Below, one piece after another: positions 1 through 10,127 of a DNA stretch of 50,326 nt (position 1 is the stretch's first letter; each line of letters opens with the position of its first letter). The stretch is from a virus (taxonomy: Duplodnaviria; Caudoviricetes). Under the pieces are notes generated by a model that was given only the letters and a program-made list of their open reading frames with translations, did not search any database and had not been told where the DNA came from. The stretch covers positions 1-50,326 of IMG/VR virus record IMGVR_UViG_3300027893_000005; one strand, written 5' to 3'. Position numbers and translations under genes: made by a program.

Positions 1-22
1 TGGCATCTTCATGTTCCGGCTC

Positions 23-238
23 CTACTTGATGACACCGGCATCAATCGCCTGGACGATGGTCAGCATAATGGCCTTCAACTCGATTAGGCCGTTGACGTT
101 CGCCTCGACAAGGTTGACGCTGTTGCCATCGGTCTCGATCACGATACGCCGCGTGGGGGCTACCCTCTTGGCCTTCAACTCAGTAACACCTTCAGGTAGC
201 CCCTGCGACTGACTCTTCTCTTTGGCTCGTCTAGCCAT
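23..238 (-). CDS. Small hypothetical late protein (71 aa)
   Basis: ATG at 238 preceded by AAGGAGG; co-oriented in the structural operon. The ORF-track start at 421 overlaps the upstream gene. Confidence 0.75.
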   Translation of the reverse strand: MARRAKEKSQSQGLPEGVTELKAKRVAPTRRIVIETDGNSVNLVEANVNGLIELKAIMLTIVQAIDAGVIK

Positions 239-267
239 CTCCCCTACCTCCTTATACCCCCTGCGGC

Positions 268-1203
268 CTACGTGGTACTGTCGAAGTAGGCCCAGGTCGG
301 GGAAGCTGCCGTACCCTGGTTGATGTACAAGCGCCCGTTGGTGGTGTCGATGTACAGCGAGCCCTTGCCACGCCCGGTGTTGATGCCGGACAGGACAGTG
401 GCCGGTGCGCCAGCGCCACACAGGATACCAACGTCGTCAGACGTGCCGAGGTGCGACAGCACGATGTGGAAGGAGCCCGCTGCCGAGTCCAGGGTCACGT
501 CGTTCAGCTTGATGCCGTACAGAAGGCGACCAGCGAGCCACAGGCCGTACACGGCGTGGTCGGCGCTGGAGTTGTTCTTGAAGTAGAACCCCGTGACGTT
601 ACCGGAACCGCCGGAGGCCAGGGTCAATTGACCGCCGTACATGATCCAGTTACGCGCGGGCGGGCTGGACGACTGCTCAAGGAAGTCGTACCAGGAACCG
701 CGCAGGTTTTTCAGAGAACCGCCAGACCCGACGTAGACCTGAATCTCGGAGCCTTTCACCCAGTTGGTGAGGGCCTTGTCGCTGTTGCGCATGTACAGGT
801 TGAGACCATGCCAGTCACCCAGCGTCTGGTCAACCGTCGCATTGATGCGGCCAGCGAAACAGGCCAGGTCGTCGTCGGCATTGGTCTTGATACCGGCATC
901 CTCAATGACGGCCAGGTAGCCAGCCACGGCACCGCCAGTGGCAGTAACCGAGATGCCGGTAGAGCCAGACGAAACGACCCCGAAGAGGGCACTGTACTGG
1001 GAGTTGCCGTAGTACATCCGGCTACCGTAGGACACCGTGAAGGCGTCCGGATGGTTGTCGGGATTCAGCTTGATGCCTACCCTCTGGGAGGTGCCGATCA
1101 TCTGGGGGCAGAACTCGCCCTGCCCAGGGTCGATCTTGGGCCACGTCCCGTCACTCTGCTGAGTGAACTCAGGAAGTGTCACCAGTCCCGTGATGCTATC
1201 CAT
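268..1203 (-). CDS. Virion structural protein, probable head fibre/decoration protein
   Basis: Gly/Ser/Thr-rich beta-type sequence; C-terminal GSLYIDTTNGRLYINQGTAASPTW motif typical of fibre proteins; GAGGTG RBS; two genes after the major capsid gene. Confidence 0.6.
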   Translation of the reverse strand: MDSITGLVTLPEFTQQSDGTWPKIDPGQGEFCPQMIGTSQRVGIKLNPDNHPDAFTVSYGSRMYYGNSQYSALFGVVSSGSTGISVTATGGAVAGYLAVIEDAGIKTNADDDLACFAGRINATVDQTLGDWHGLNLYMRNSDKALTNWVKGSEIQVYVGSGGSLKNLRGSWYDFLEQSSSPPARNWIMYGGQLTLASGGSGNVTGFYFKNNSSADHAVYGLWLAGRLLYGIKLNDVTLDSAAGSFHIVLSHLGTSDDVGILCGAGAPATVLSGINTGRGKGSLYIDTTNGRLYINQGTAASPTWAYFDSTT

Positions 1204-1214
1204 GTCTTCACCTC

Positions 1215-1252
1215 GTTCGGCCCCGTGTTGCTCCCACGGGGAACTTACGAAC
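1215..1252 (-). other. Intergenic stem-loop
   Basis: GTTCG...CCCCGTG-GGAGCAA-CACGGGG-C-CGAAC immediately upstream of the RBS of 268..1203. Confidence 0.45.
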
Positions 1253-1256
1253 TTGC

Positions 1257-1592
1257 CTACTCCTCCGGCGTTTCGCCAGAGGGCTTGTTGCTAGACTCAG
1301 CGGCCTCTACCTGGGCCATGCGCTTGCGCAGGCGGTTGTAGCCATCTACGCCTAGCTCGGCCTTCAGGTCAGCGGCCGGGTCGTCCGCACGCCAGACATC
1401 GGAGCGAGCGTCCAGGGCTTCGACAATCTCCGGGTCGTCGGTCTGGTAGACCCCATCCCGGAATCTGGCCTGCTTCACCTGCGGGTGCACAGAAGCGGCC
1501 GGGTCTTGCACCTGAGATGCTGCGCCCTTGACCTCAACGGTCAGGTTGTGCCTGTTGCTACGGTAGACCACCGGTTCTCGCAACTTCACCAT
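1257..1592 (-). CDS. Hypothetical capsid-associated protein (111 aa)
   Basis: AAGGAGG RBS; directly after the major capsid gene. Confidence 0.7.
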   Translation of the reverse strand: MVKLREPVVYRSNRHNLTVEVKGAASQVQDPAASVHPQVKQARFRDGVYQTDDPEIVEALDARSDVWRADDPAADLKAELGVDGYNRLRKRMAQVEAAESSNKPSGETPEE

Positions 1593-1614
1593 TTCGTCAA
1601 CCTCCTTGGCTCTC

Positions 1615-1651
1615 CCAGGAGGCCCTACCGGAGCCCGACAGGGCCTCCCAG
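1615..1651 (-). terminator. Long hairpin after the major capsid gene (attenuator or processing/stabilising stem)
   Basis: CTGGGAGGCCCTGTCGG-GCT-CCGGTAGGGCCTCCTGG, about 17 bp with G-U pairs; no U-tract, so termination is uncertain. Confidence 0.5.
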
Positions 1652-1671
1652 ACTAGACCACAGCCCCCTCA

Positions 1672-2907
1672 CTAGGAGGACTGGCTGTAGTTCATGACCT
1701 TCGCCATCGTGACGGGGTTCTTGATCTTGGCGGTGTAGTCACCGTAGACGTACCGCTGGAAGAAGTCACCCGTCCGAGCCGGGTTCTCACCGGTGTGCAG
1801 CCGACCGAGGCCAGCCATGTGACCCATGCTCACTTGGTCAGGCTGAAGGAACAGCATGACTCCGGGCGGCATGTTGTTGTCGGACAGGAACTGAACCTGA
1901 CCGATAACAGTGTCCATGCGCTGGACGATCAGACCAACCTCGTTCTCCTCGCGGGCCAGCCGAACGCTGGGCTCGAAGAAGGAGTTGATCTTGCGGTGTC
2001 CCCAGTAGTCGCACAGAATGGTGGTCGGCGCGTTCTCCTCCCCCACGATCTCAGCGACCTGCTGAAGCACGTCGTTGATGTCCTTGAGGGTGAGAGGGTT
2101 GCCAGCCTTGTCGGTCTCTACGACGTTGGCGTCGTAGCTGGAGTCCACGTACTCCAGAAGACCGCCGAACATGGAGGGGTCAGCGGTGCCCGTACCGACG
2201 TTCCGGCGACCGAGCAGCAGGCCCATCTCCAGGGACACCACGGCCCGCTTGAGAGCCTTGGCAACCTGCTCGTCGAAGTCCTGCCCGACACCACCCTGGC
2301 CGTAGCGGTTGATCCCCTCGTTGCGGAAGGTGCTCGACACGCTGTAGGCGATGATGGTCGGGTAGTTGTACTTGACGGCCTTCAGGCTGGTCAGGATGTC
2401 CGTCCAGGTCTGGTTCTCCGCGTGGGCGAAGCCAGCCACCCGGAACTTGGTGCCACTGACATAGTTAGTGCCAGGGTCGCTTGTCGGCCCGAAACCGCGC
2501 ACGACAGTCAGAGCGTCGGCAGAAGCCTGCGCCGTCACGAGCAGAAGCTCGCGGGCGTAGGTCGCGCCGTTGTCCTCGTCGTCCACGATCTCAATGACCG
2601 TGCCCTTCGGGTAGAGGTGAGCCTTGCCAGCGATGGGGAACGTCTGAACCGTGGTGTTGAAAGCACCAGAGATCACGTCCGCCCGGCGGTACAGGTCGTC
2701 CTCAACCCACTCGATCTTGCCAGCGTTGAACTCGAATCCGTCGAGCCCGCCCACCAGCTTGATGAGCTTCAGGGACTTGTAGTCGCTCACGTCAACGACC
2801 AGATCGTCAACGAAGCGAATGTTGAGAGAGGCAGCCTCATGCGGGTCGGTCGGGTATCCGGAAGGAATACCACCGAGACGCCGGGTGCCCGTTCCGTAAC
2901 CGGCCAT
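1672..2907 (-). CDS. Major capsid protein (HK97 fold, SU10/DUF5309-like)
   Basis: 411 aa after the scaffold; motifs EWVEDDL, LEMGLLLG..MFGGLL, LTLKDINDVLQ, YVYGDYTAKIKNP resemble this family. Confidence 0.85.
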   Translation of the reverse strand: MAGYGTGTRRLGGIPSGYPTDPHEAASLNIRFVDDLVVDVSDYKSLKLIKLVGGLDGFEFNAGKIEWVEDDLYRRADVISGAFNTTVQTFPIAGKAHLYPKGTVIEIVDDEDNGATYARELLLVTAQASADALTVVRGFGPTSDPGTNYVSGTKFRVAGFAHAENQTWTDILTSLKAVKYNYPTIIAYSVSSTFRNEGINRYGQGGVGQDFDEQVAKALKRAVVSLEMGLLLGRRNVGTGTADPSMFGGLLEYVDSSYDANVVETDKAGNPLTLKDINDVLQQVAEIVGEENAPTTILCDYWGHRKINSFFEPSVRLAREENEVGLIVQRMDTVIGQVQFLSDNNMPPGVMLFLQPDQVSMGHMAGLGRLHTGENPARTGDFFQRYVYGDYTAKIKNPVTMAKVMNYSQSS

Positions 2908-2909
2908 GT

Positions 2910-3728
2910 TTACTTTTCTCCTCTGTCGTCAGCCTCCCTCTGAAGCCGGAGCGCCTCGGCAAGGTTCTGCTCGCTCAGGCCCTTCTTCTCCTGGGATTCC
3001 CAAGGACGCCCAGAAGTCTTTGGCCCTCCAGAGCTTCCACCAGCCCCAGTAGCTCCGCCGCCTTTGCGACTAGGCTTCTGGGAGGCCGCTGGGGGCTTCT
3101 TGTCCTTATCGGACGTTCCACCCTTGATAGCCTCTGCGAGAGCCTTCTCCGCATGTTCTGCCCGCAAGGAAGCCGCACGCGCTTCCATCGCCTCCGGGGA
3201 GTCGAGGTCGAGGAAGGTTTCCTTGGTGATCCCTTCCACCCCCTTCTCGCGCAGGTCAAGGGCAAGTTCCCTGGCCTTTGCGTGCCGGAGGCCCTCGTTG
3301 GCGAAGCTAAGCCTCTGCCGTGCGTCCTCCTCCACGTCCTCCAACTCGGCCAACCGCTTGAGAGCGGCCTTCTCTGCTTCAGGCGCAGCAGCGATCCGGG
3401 CTTCCCGGATGTCCCGCTTCGTCTGCTTCAGTTCCTGCCGAGTCCGCTCAAGCTCCTTCCGCAGGGTCTCCAGCTTCGGGTCGTATGTGGTCTGGGCATT
3501 CTTCCCTGCATTGGCAGCAGCGGCGTCGGCAGCGGCCTTCTCACGGTCAGCGATGACCTGGAGGATGTCAAGACCTTCGGTCTCCTTGACGACCTTGCCT
3601 ACTCTCTCCAGGCGCTGCTCTAGCGTCTCGCCACCCTGGTCATCCGACTCAGGATTCGAGTCCGAGCCCCCGCCTGAAACACCGCCATTCCCCTCGTTGG
3701 GGTTGGCGTCGGTCTGTTCGTCAGACAT
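2910..3728 (-). CDS. Capsid scaffolding protein
   Basis: Acidic disordered N-terminus, coiled coil, Gly-rich linker, short C-terminal helix; directly upstream of the capsid gene. Confidence 0.75.
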   Translation of the reverse strand: MSDEQTDANPNEGNGGVSGGGSDSNPESDDQGGETLEQRLERVGKVVKETEGLDILQVIADREKAAADAAAANAGKNAQTTYDPKLETLRKELERTRQELKQTKRDIREARIAAAPEAEKAALKRLAELEDVEEDARQRLSFANEGLRHAKARELALDLREKGVEGITKETFLDLDSPEAMEARAASLRAEHAEKALAEAIKGGTSDKDKKPPAASQKPSRKGGGATGAGGSSGGPKTSGRPWESQEKKGLSEQNLAEALRLQREADDRGEK

Positions 3729-3741
3729 GGATACAAACCTC

Positions 3742-4203
3742 CTATTCGGTTGTTAGCGCTGCGTCCGAGTAGCGGCGCTCTGAAAGCTGCGCGAATCGAA
3801 GCCCGCGCAGCGCCAATTCTTCTTCTGATGGCCGAGAAGCTCTCGGCTTTATCAGCCCAGCAAATTCGATGACCGACCTGGCCTTGTCCTGCTTCACCTT
3901 GAGATGAGGAAGAATGTGACGCAGGAATCGAATTCCCTCCGTCTTGGCCAGTTGCCACAAGTAGAATGGTTCAGGCCCAGACCTTGAGTATATTCTACCA
4001 CCCCACCGATTCTGCAACCAGTGCAGCGGGGCCGGGTCTTTCTGCCCAATCCCGACAGTGATTGAGTACCTGACTGAATAGCCTGGCCTCTTCCCTGGCT
4101 GGCAGACAACGCTGACCCAGCCCTCACCGTCGAAGAATCCGGCAGCATAGGCCCTGTCGGTCTTATTAAGGTACTTGCTCTGTCGCTTGAAGCGCCTGAT
4201 CAC
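3742..4203 (-). mobile_element. Free-standing single-motif LAGLIDADG homing endonuclease
   Basis: YAAGFFDGEG motif, then the I-CreI-like pattern IGQKD..L..LQ..WGG..ILPHLKVKQDKA; lower GC than neighbours; probable GTG start at 4203 after GAGG. Confidence 0.9.
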
Positions 4204-7200
4204 TGTACCTCTTCTCGATGGAGTATTCGAGTCGCTCGGCTGGAGGGAACCCCACACCGGGGATCGCCAAGTCCCAGCGCCTCTCATCTCCGACTTTCAA
4301 CTGCTCCAAGGTTACCACAGGGAGTCCGAGAGTGTCAAGTATCTGGTTGAACTCGTCCAGCACAGAGTAGATGTAGTCCAGCCGGGCGACCCCATCCAAA
4401 GTGTAGTAGGTCTCACGAATCTCCATGAGTCGGCCGTAGGCAGCGGCAGCCTCGGAGGTAGTGAACCCTACCGGCTCATTACCGAAGAAACGTTCCAGAA
4501 GCGGGTGAGTCTCCCACCAATCCTCCTGTAGCGCCCGCCTCATCTTCGTGGGAACGCTGGTAAGCTCACCAATGGCCAGGTAGTATTCCATCTCCTGGCC
4601 AGCCTGCTTGTACAGTTCCTGCACCGCAGAGGGCGGCTGCTTCCCACGGTTGAGGAAGAGATTGAAGTCATACCGGGACACCAGGCGCTTGCCCTCTTCC
4701 AGAAGCAGGGCCTGATCCTTGTCCCGGCGCTCGATGATTCCGGGAATATCTCGCGTGCGATTTTTTCTGGTCGCTTCATTAAGCTCGTAGCTGGCCTGGA
4801 TCGCCCTGGCGTAGTGCTTGACCGCCAACTCGAACTGGGCAGTGGCACTCATGCGACCGGGCGGTAGGTCGAGGAGGAAGTTCTGCCGGGCCTCGTCGTA
4901 CTGCTCCCTGGCAGCGGTGACCTGCTCATCGGTGGCAGCCTCCAGCGTGACGCCCTTGGGCAGGAAGTCCTCGATGCGGATGTTGTAGTAGTCGTTCCGC
5001 AGCGTCATGAGTGCGCGAGTGAACGGGGGGTGAGAGGCAGAGGGAGTCAGATCAACGTCAGCGTACCGGGCGTAGACCTGGGACACCTCATCCTGGTACT
5101 TCTTGATGACTTGGGCCTGCTCCTGCTCGAACAGGTCGCGGTAGGTGCGACCCACCTTGGTGTTGTAGAACTCTTCCTTCTCCCGGATCGCGGCCAGGGC
5201 CTCGTTCACCGGGGCCAGTTCCCGGTCGCGGGCCTCCAAAGCATCGATCAGGTCGTGCCAGAACAGGGTCTTGTGAAGCTCGGCAGTGCGCTCCTCCGGC
5301 CCAGCAAGACCAGCCAGGGCCACCCGGCGCACCTGGTACTCAGGGAACCGCTCGTAGAACTCCTCAAGCTGGCCACGAGCAGCATAGTCGCGGTACACAG
5401 GATCGAGCGCCCGCATCATCTGCTCACCTTCCGGGTAAAGCTGGATGGGAGAGAACACCCAGGAGGACATGAACCGGATGCCAGCCTCCTTCGAGGCAAG
5501 CTCGCGGGCCTCCTCCCACAGAGGGCCGGACTTGGTATCCATCGCGGCCAGGTAATCGCGGAGCAGTTCCTTGGTCTGCTCAGGGCCAATCTCCGCAGCC
5601 TTCCGGGTGTAGAGCCCGGCCAACATGCGGTCGATACGATAGGTGTCCCACTGGTCGTCTGGAATACCGATCAGGCGCTGGAGCTTGTTCAGCGGCAGCC
5701 CAGAGCCCCCGATAAGCTGCCCCATGTCATCATCGGTGAGCCAGTCCGGTAGCTCAACGTCGGCACCGTTCAGGAAGGCCATCACGCCCATCTGAGCAGT
5801 CGTTCCAGGAAGACCAAGGGGCAGAGCACGCGGCCAGTTGCGGTTCAGCCACTCGTCCCGCTCCAGGAGGCCAACCATGCTTCCTGCAATCGGGACGAAA
5901 GGATGAACAGCCGGGCCATTGTTGGACATCCAGTCCAGGATGCGCCCGGCGACGGTGGTCTGGCGGCTCTCGAAGCTCCAGTCCTGCGCCCACTGCATGG
6001 TAGGGAACAGCATAGGGATCGGATTGAAGAAGACCTTGGTAGCCGGGCCGTAAGTGGATGCCATCATGTCGCCCAGGAAAGGCACGGGCAACTCGAAGTC
6101 GCCCTCGAAACGTTGGGGGATGTCGGTGGTCATCTCTTGCATCATGTCCCAGCCAAGGGCAACAGAGGCCACGGCACCAGGATTGGAGGACGTGCGCTGA
6201 GCCCACCGCCACATCGACCGGGTGGGCCAGAAGTGATAGGGGAACACCCACTGGAGCCACTTGTCGATCCCGTACTGGCGGGAGTAGTCAAGCATCGTCC
6301 AGTCGGCAGCGGCGCGTCCGGCATTGATGGAAGTAAGCTGCAAGTCCTTGTAGTCACCACGGAGACCGCCGATCCAGTCAATGGCCTGTTGGCGCAAGTG
6401 GACGGGGACACCCTCTGGCGGCTGGGTGAGCATGTTTAGCATCTTGGGCTCGGCCCAGTCCAAGAACTCCATCGCCCAGCGGTTCTCGCCGGTGATGGCC
6501 TCAGCGGTCACAGGCATCTCGTACATGCCCATGTTGTACTCGCGCGGGCGAGGGGCCAGGCCCATCAGGTCACGCTCAGTCCGCACCTCCTGGTTGATCC
6601 ATTCATGGATGCGGCGGCGTGTCGGCCCCATTAGCTCCGCCCGCTCGTAATAGCGAATGTCCTCCCCGGCCTCCAGCGCCATGCGGAGAGCGCGGTCGCG
6701 GGCTCGCAGGGAGTCCATACGCACATCGCGGATCACGCGGAAGCTGGGCAGAAGGTTGGGGTTGAACTGGGTAATGAGGGACTCCAGGCTCTCCATGTTC
6801 AGTTCAAGCTCCCGCAGGCGGGTCTTCTCATATTCGCGCCACAGGCGGTCGATGCCCTTTTCGCCCCCCTGGTGAGCAGCGAAGATGCGGGAGCGATCAT
6901 GGCGCAAGCGCTCGTACATGGCCCTGGTGCGGCCCAGGTACTCGTCGGCCTGTTCGCGCGGAACGCCGTGGGCCAGCAACCAACGGTCAGTCATCTCGAC
7001 GCGGGTGCGGCCGAGGGCATCGTCGGCCACTTCAATGCTATAAACGTTCTCGCCGGTAGAGCCCTGTGCCTTGCGAGCAGCGCGGATACGCTGGTCAAGG
7101 TCAGCGAACTCGTCCTCCAGGCGGGCGACCTCTTCGGGGTCGGTGACCCGGCCCTCCTGGATAATGTTCTTGATCTCCCGGCGGCGGGCAGTAAGCTCGG

Positions 7201-9589
7201 CCAGGTCTTCGGCGGGCTGAGCGTCGGCAAGCTGGCCAACCGGCTCCAGGTGCTGCATCTTGCGCACCTCGTCGATGTCGCGGCGCAGAGCCACGCGCAC
7301 CTCGTCCAGACGGCGCAGTAGGTCGTCCGCGTCGGTGGCAGCCTTGAACGTATCCTGGAGGTGGGTAACCAGGCCCATCTGGTCGAAGCGCTCCTTCATC
7401 AGGCGGCGCACAGCGGGCTCAAACTTTTGGCCGCTGGCCTTCTCGATCTCACGCAGCCACCGCTCCCTGAGCACACCAACGTGCAGGGGCGGGGCACCGT
7501 CGCGGATCATCTTCTCAGCATCGTCAAGCATCTCCAGGAAGCCAGCTTCCGGGGAGGAGTCCCAGAGAGCGTAGAGGTGCTCAGACATCTCTTCCGGCAT
7601 CCCCTTGAGAAGCTCATCAGGGATAGGCTTGGCAATCTTGTGCCAGTTGTGCCGATAGGAGCGGAGTACCCCAACCTCGAACGCCTTCAGCCTAGCCCAG
7701 CCATCGAGCCATGTGGCAGCCGAGACGAACGGCACCCAGAAGCGGAACTTGGACGGGCGCACGATCTGGCCGGTAGCGCCAGGCTTGGACACACGCTGCG
7801 TAACGCCCACAAGCTGGCCAAGGGCAGAGTCGCCAGCGTTGGCCACAATGACTGACTCGTCCAGGCCAACGTTCTTGAGGTTCCGCACCATCGTGGACTT
7901 GCGGAGACCGCCACGGAAGACGCCGAAGCCATAGTCGAAGAACATGGTGGCGAAGTTGTTGAGCCCATTCAGGAGCACGAAGGAGGGGGTGTTCAGGGTA
8001 GTGGCAGACAGCAGGCGCTTGTTGAGCCCGAACAGCTTATTCATGGCATTGTCCGGGTGGATGTCGTAGGCGGCAGCGATGGCCTTGTAGACCCGCTGGT
8101 TGACCTCCTCCAGGAACTGCATCCGCCAGGCGTCGTGCCCCCGCGAAAACTGGCGAGCGACCTTGGCCGCAGCCTTCGGGCTCTTGGCCATAGCCTCGCC
8201 CATGAGTGTATCGTACTCAGTGGGATCAAGGATTGTGCGCTTCAGGCTCTGGAAGGCGGACGGGCGTACCTGGTAGGCGTCGAAGATTTGCGACAGTCTC
8301 ACGGCCGTCTCATTCTGGGCAAACAGCCTGGGCATGTGGGCCGGAAGCTGGTCAACGTTGCCGGTGCGCATCGCGTCGAAGAACAAGGACACGTCCTCCG
8401 GGCGCACGCGGACATCACCGGTCATCTGCGCGAACATCGTGAACCCCTTGCGCCACAGCACGTCAGCATTGTGTTCCGGGGTAGCCTGCCACAGGCGAGC
8501 CCACCACGACGGCGGGCCAGTCTTCTCCCTGAAGCGCAGGCCACGTTCGATGATCCGCATGGAGCGGGCCTCGGCTTCCTCAATGGCCCGCAGCTTGTGA
8601 GGGGGGCCAAGGATAGAGCGAGCGAGGCTGGCTACCCGGCGCACACCGGGAATCTTGGAGATGACGGCCTCACTCCGAGCGGCCTTGTACAGGTTGATCG
8701 GGGCCTCGCCGCCACCGATCACGCCGAACTCGGCAATGAGACCAACCTTTCTCATTCCCTTGACACCCTGGAGCGGCTTGGCGATGAAGCCAGCGCCACC
8801 AACGAGCCACAGAGGGTCGTAGATGACCTTCAAGGCGGCGTCGGCCCAGAGGTTGCCATACTTCTGCATGATGCCAGGGTTCTCAGGGTCGTCGTTGTTC
8901 CAGTCCTCCCCCCGCTGCATGGCCCTCTCGACTTCCTTGATGTAGGTGCCAGAGAAGTCGCCATGCTGGAGAGAGGTTCCAATGATGTCGTAGTACATGG
9001 AGGCAAGCTCCCAGCGGGAGTAGCCGTCTGGCACGTCGTTGTACCAGACGTAGGTCATAGGGTAGCCCAGAACCTGCTCCGTCCGGTCTGATGTCCACTC
9101 CAGAGCGTCCATCGTGGCACCGAACACGTTGCCAGCCCGGTCAGCGAAAGCGCCGCCCAGCCTCTCCCAGAAGCCCCGGCTGGGCTTGGGGGCGACTAGC
9201 TTCCACTCCTCCTCGGTGACCGGCATGATACGACCGCCAGTCTCGGACTCGATCTCGCGGATGACGCGATAGCGCTCCGTCTCGGGAAGGAAGCGAAGAA
9301 GCTCACGCGAGAGAACCTCCTGTTTGGAGGGAGAGAGACTGGACATGGCCAGGTCAATGTCCTGGAAGACGGACACGCCCTCTGGCCAGTTGCCGGGCAA
9401 GACGTTCTGCTCGACCATGCGCTGGGTGAAGCCTAGAGGAGCACCCTCCACAGCCTCTGGCGCACGCTCAAGGTCACGCTCGGCTATGACAGCCTGCGGA
9501 TCAAAAGGAGGAGCCGTGGGCTTCGGGACGCCCTCATCAAGCGCCTGAAACTCACGCTCCGCTTGCGAGAGAAAGCGGTCGTCGGGCAT
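4166..9589 (-). CDS. Large internal virion (ejection) protein, 1807 aa
   Basis: Very long, mainly helical ORF between portal and scaffold, translationally coupled to the upstream gene; position typical of podovirus ejection proteins. Confidence 0.7.
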   Translation of the reverse strand: MPDDRFLSQAEREFQALDEGVPKPTAPPFDPQAVIAERDLERAPEAVEGAPLGFTQRMVEQNVLPGNWPEGVSVFQDIDLAMSSLSPSKQEVLSRELLRFLPETERYRVIREIESETGGRIMPVTEEEWKLVAPKPSRGFWERLGGAFADRAGNVFGATMDALEWTSDRTEQVLGYPMTYVWYNDVPDGYSRWELASMYYDIIGTSLQHGDFSGTYIKEVERAMQRGEDWNNDDPENPGIMQKYGNLWADAALKVIYDPLWLVGGAGFIAKPLQGVKGMRKVGLIAEFGVIGGGEAPINLYKAARSEAVISKIPGVRRVASLARSILGPPHKLRAIEEAEARSMRIIERGLRFREKTGPPSWWARLWQATPEHNADVLWRKGFTMFAQMTGDVRVRPEDVSLFFDAMRTGNVDQLPAHMPRLFAQNETAVRLSQIFDAYQVRPSAFQSLKRTILDPTEYDTLMGEAMAKSPKAAAKVARQFSRGHDAWRMQFLEEVNQRVYKAIAAAYDIHPDNAMNKLFGLNKRLLSATTLNTPSFVLLNGLNNFATMFFDYGFGVFRGGLRKSTMVRNLKNVGLDESVIVANAGDSALGQLVGVTQRVSKPGATGQIVRPSKFRFWVPFVSAATWLDGWARLKAFEVGVLRSYRHNWHKIAKPIPDELLKGMPEEMSEHLYALWDSSPEAGFLEMLDDAEKMIRDGAPPLHVGVLRERWLREIEKASGQKFEPAVRRLMKERFDQMGLVTHLQDTFKAATDADDLLRRLDEVRVALRRDIDEVRKMQHLEPVGQLADAQPAEDLAELTARRREIKNIIQEGRVTDPEEVARLEDEFADLDQRIRAARKAQGSTGENVYSIEVADDALGRTRVEMTDRWLLAHGVPREQADEYLGRTRAMYERLRHDRSRIFAAHQGGEKGIDRLWREYEKTRLRELELNMESLESLITQFNPNLLPSFRVIRDVRMDSLRARDRALRMALEAGEDIRYYERAELMGPTRRRIHEWINQEVRTERDLMGLAPRPREYNMGMYEMPVTAEAITGENRWAMEFLDWAEPKMLNMLTQPPEGVPVHLRQQAIDWIGGLRGDYKDLQLTSINAGRAAADWTMLDYSRQYGIDKWLQWVFPYHFWPTRSMWRWAQRTSSNPGAVASVALGWDMMQEMTTDIPQRFEGDFELPVPFLGDMMASTYGPATKVFFNPIPMLFPTMQWAQDWSFESRQTTVAGRILDWMSNNGPAVHPFVPIAGSMVGLLERDEWLNRNWPRALPLGLPGTTAQMGVMAFLNGADVELPDWLTDDDMGQLIGGSGLPLNKLQRLIGIPDDQWDTYRIDRMLAGLYTRKAAEIGPEQTKELLRDYLAAMDTKSGPLWEEARELASKEAGIRFMSSWVFSPIQLYPEGEQMMRALDPVYRDYAARGQLEEFYERFPEYQVRRVALAGLAGPEERTAELHKTLFWHDLIDALEARDRELAPVNEALAAIREKEEFYNTKVGRTYRDLFEQEQAQVIKKYQDEVSQVYARYADVDLTPSASHPPFTRALMTLRNDYYNIRIEDFLPKGVTLEAATDEQVTAAREQYDEARQNFLLDLPPGRMSATAQFELAVKHYARAIQASYELNEATRKNRTRDIPGIIERRDKDQALLLEEGKRLVSRYDFNLFLNRGKQPPSAVQELYKQAGQEMEYYLAIGELTSVPTKMRRALQEDWWETHPLLERFFGNEPVGFTTSEAAAAYGRLMEIRETYYTLDGVARLDYIYSVLDEFNQILDTLGLPVVTLEQLKVGDERRWDLAIPGVGFPPAERLEYSIEKRYSDQALQATEQVP

Positions 9590-10125
9590 TACCCCAGCAT
9601 CTCGTCCTGGCGGTTCACCAGGTTCTGGCGCACAGCGGCCAGAAGCTCGTCACGGGACGGTGGACGGCCCTGCTCGCGCTCGAACCGGCGACGCAGGCTA
9701 ATGATGGACAGATCGGCATCGGTCGGGTAACGACCGTACCGCCGATAGAAGCGCTCGCCAAAGTTGGTGGCAGCGACGTTCGTCCCCTTGGCGGTGGACT
9801 CCACCAAGTCCGAAATCGGGAACTCCTCGTCTACGGTAGGAATCGACATAAACCTTGACGCGGGTTCCGTCGTACCACGGGGGCGGGCTGGCGTCCGAAC
9901 CAGAGTGGTATCCGCAGCCTTCGGTGTCGAGGCAGGAGTACCCGCAGGCTGAGCAGACGACGCGGGCGCGGCTGGCGGTTGGCTCGGGCGGACGTTCACG
10001 GGCGGTGCCTGCTGGCCCACGCCACCGGGCTGTGGTACGTCCATCAGTTTCTGCTGGGTCTGGCCCCTGCGTAGCTCCCTGTCCAGGAACGGGGTTCCCC
10101 CTTGTCCCTTCTTCACTCCAGGCAT
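9589..10125 (-). CDS. Hypothetical virion protein, Pro/Ala-rich (178 aa)
   Basis: Stop overlaps the next start; lies in the structural operon. Confidence 0.65.
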   Translation of the reverse strand: MPGVKKGQGGTPFLDRELRRGQTQQKLMDVPQPGGVGQQAPPVNVRPSQPPAAPASSAQPAGTPASTPKAADTTLVRTPARPRGTTEPASRFMSIPTVDEEFPISDLVESTAKGTNVAATNFGERFYRRYGRYPTDADLSIISLRRRFEREQGRPPSRDELLAAVRQNLVNRQDEMLG

Positions 10126-10127
10126 GT

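Noticed and set aside
3742-4203. Group I intron or intein hosting the LAGLIDADG ORF
   Set aside because: Both flanking genes have their own stop and start, there is no non-coding room for a ribozyme core, and no intein splice motifs are present.
4166-9589. Virion RNA polymerase (N4- or crAss-type)
   Set aside because: No DxDGD or other polymerase motif seen, the protein is much shorter than those enzymes, and promoters look host sigma70-type.
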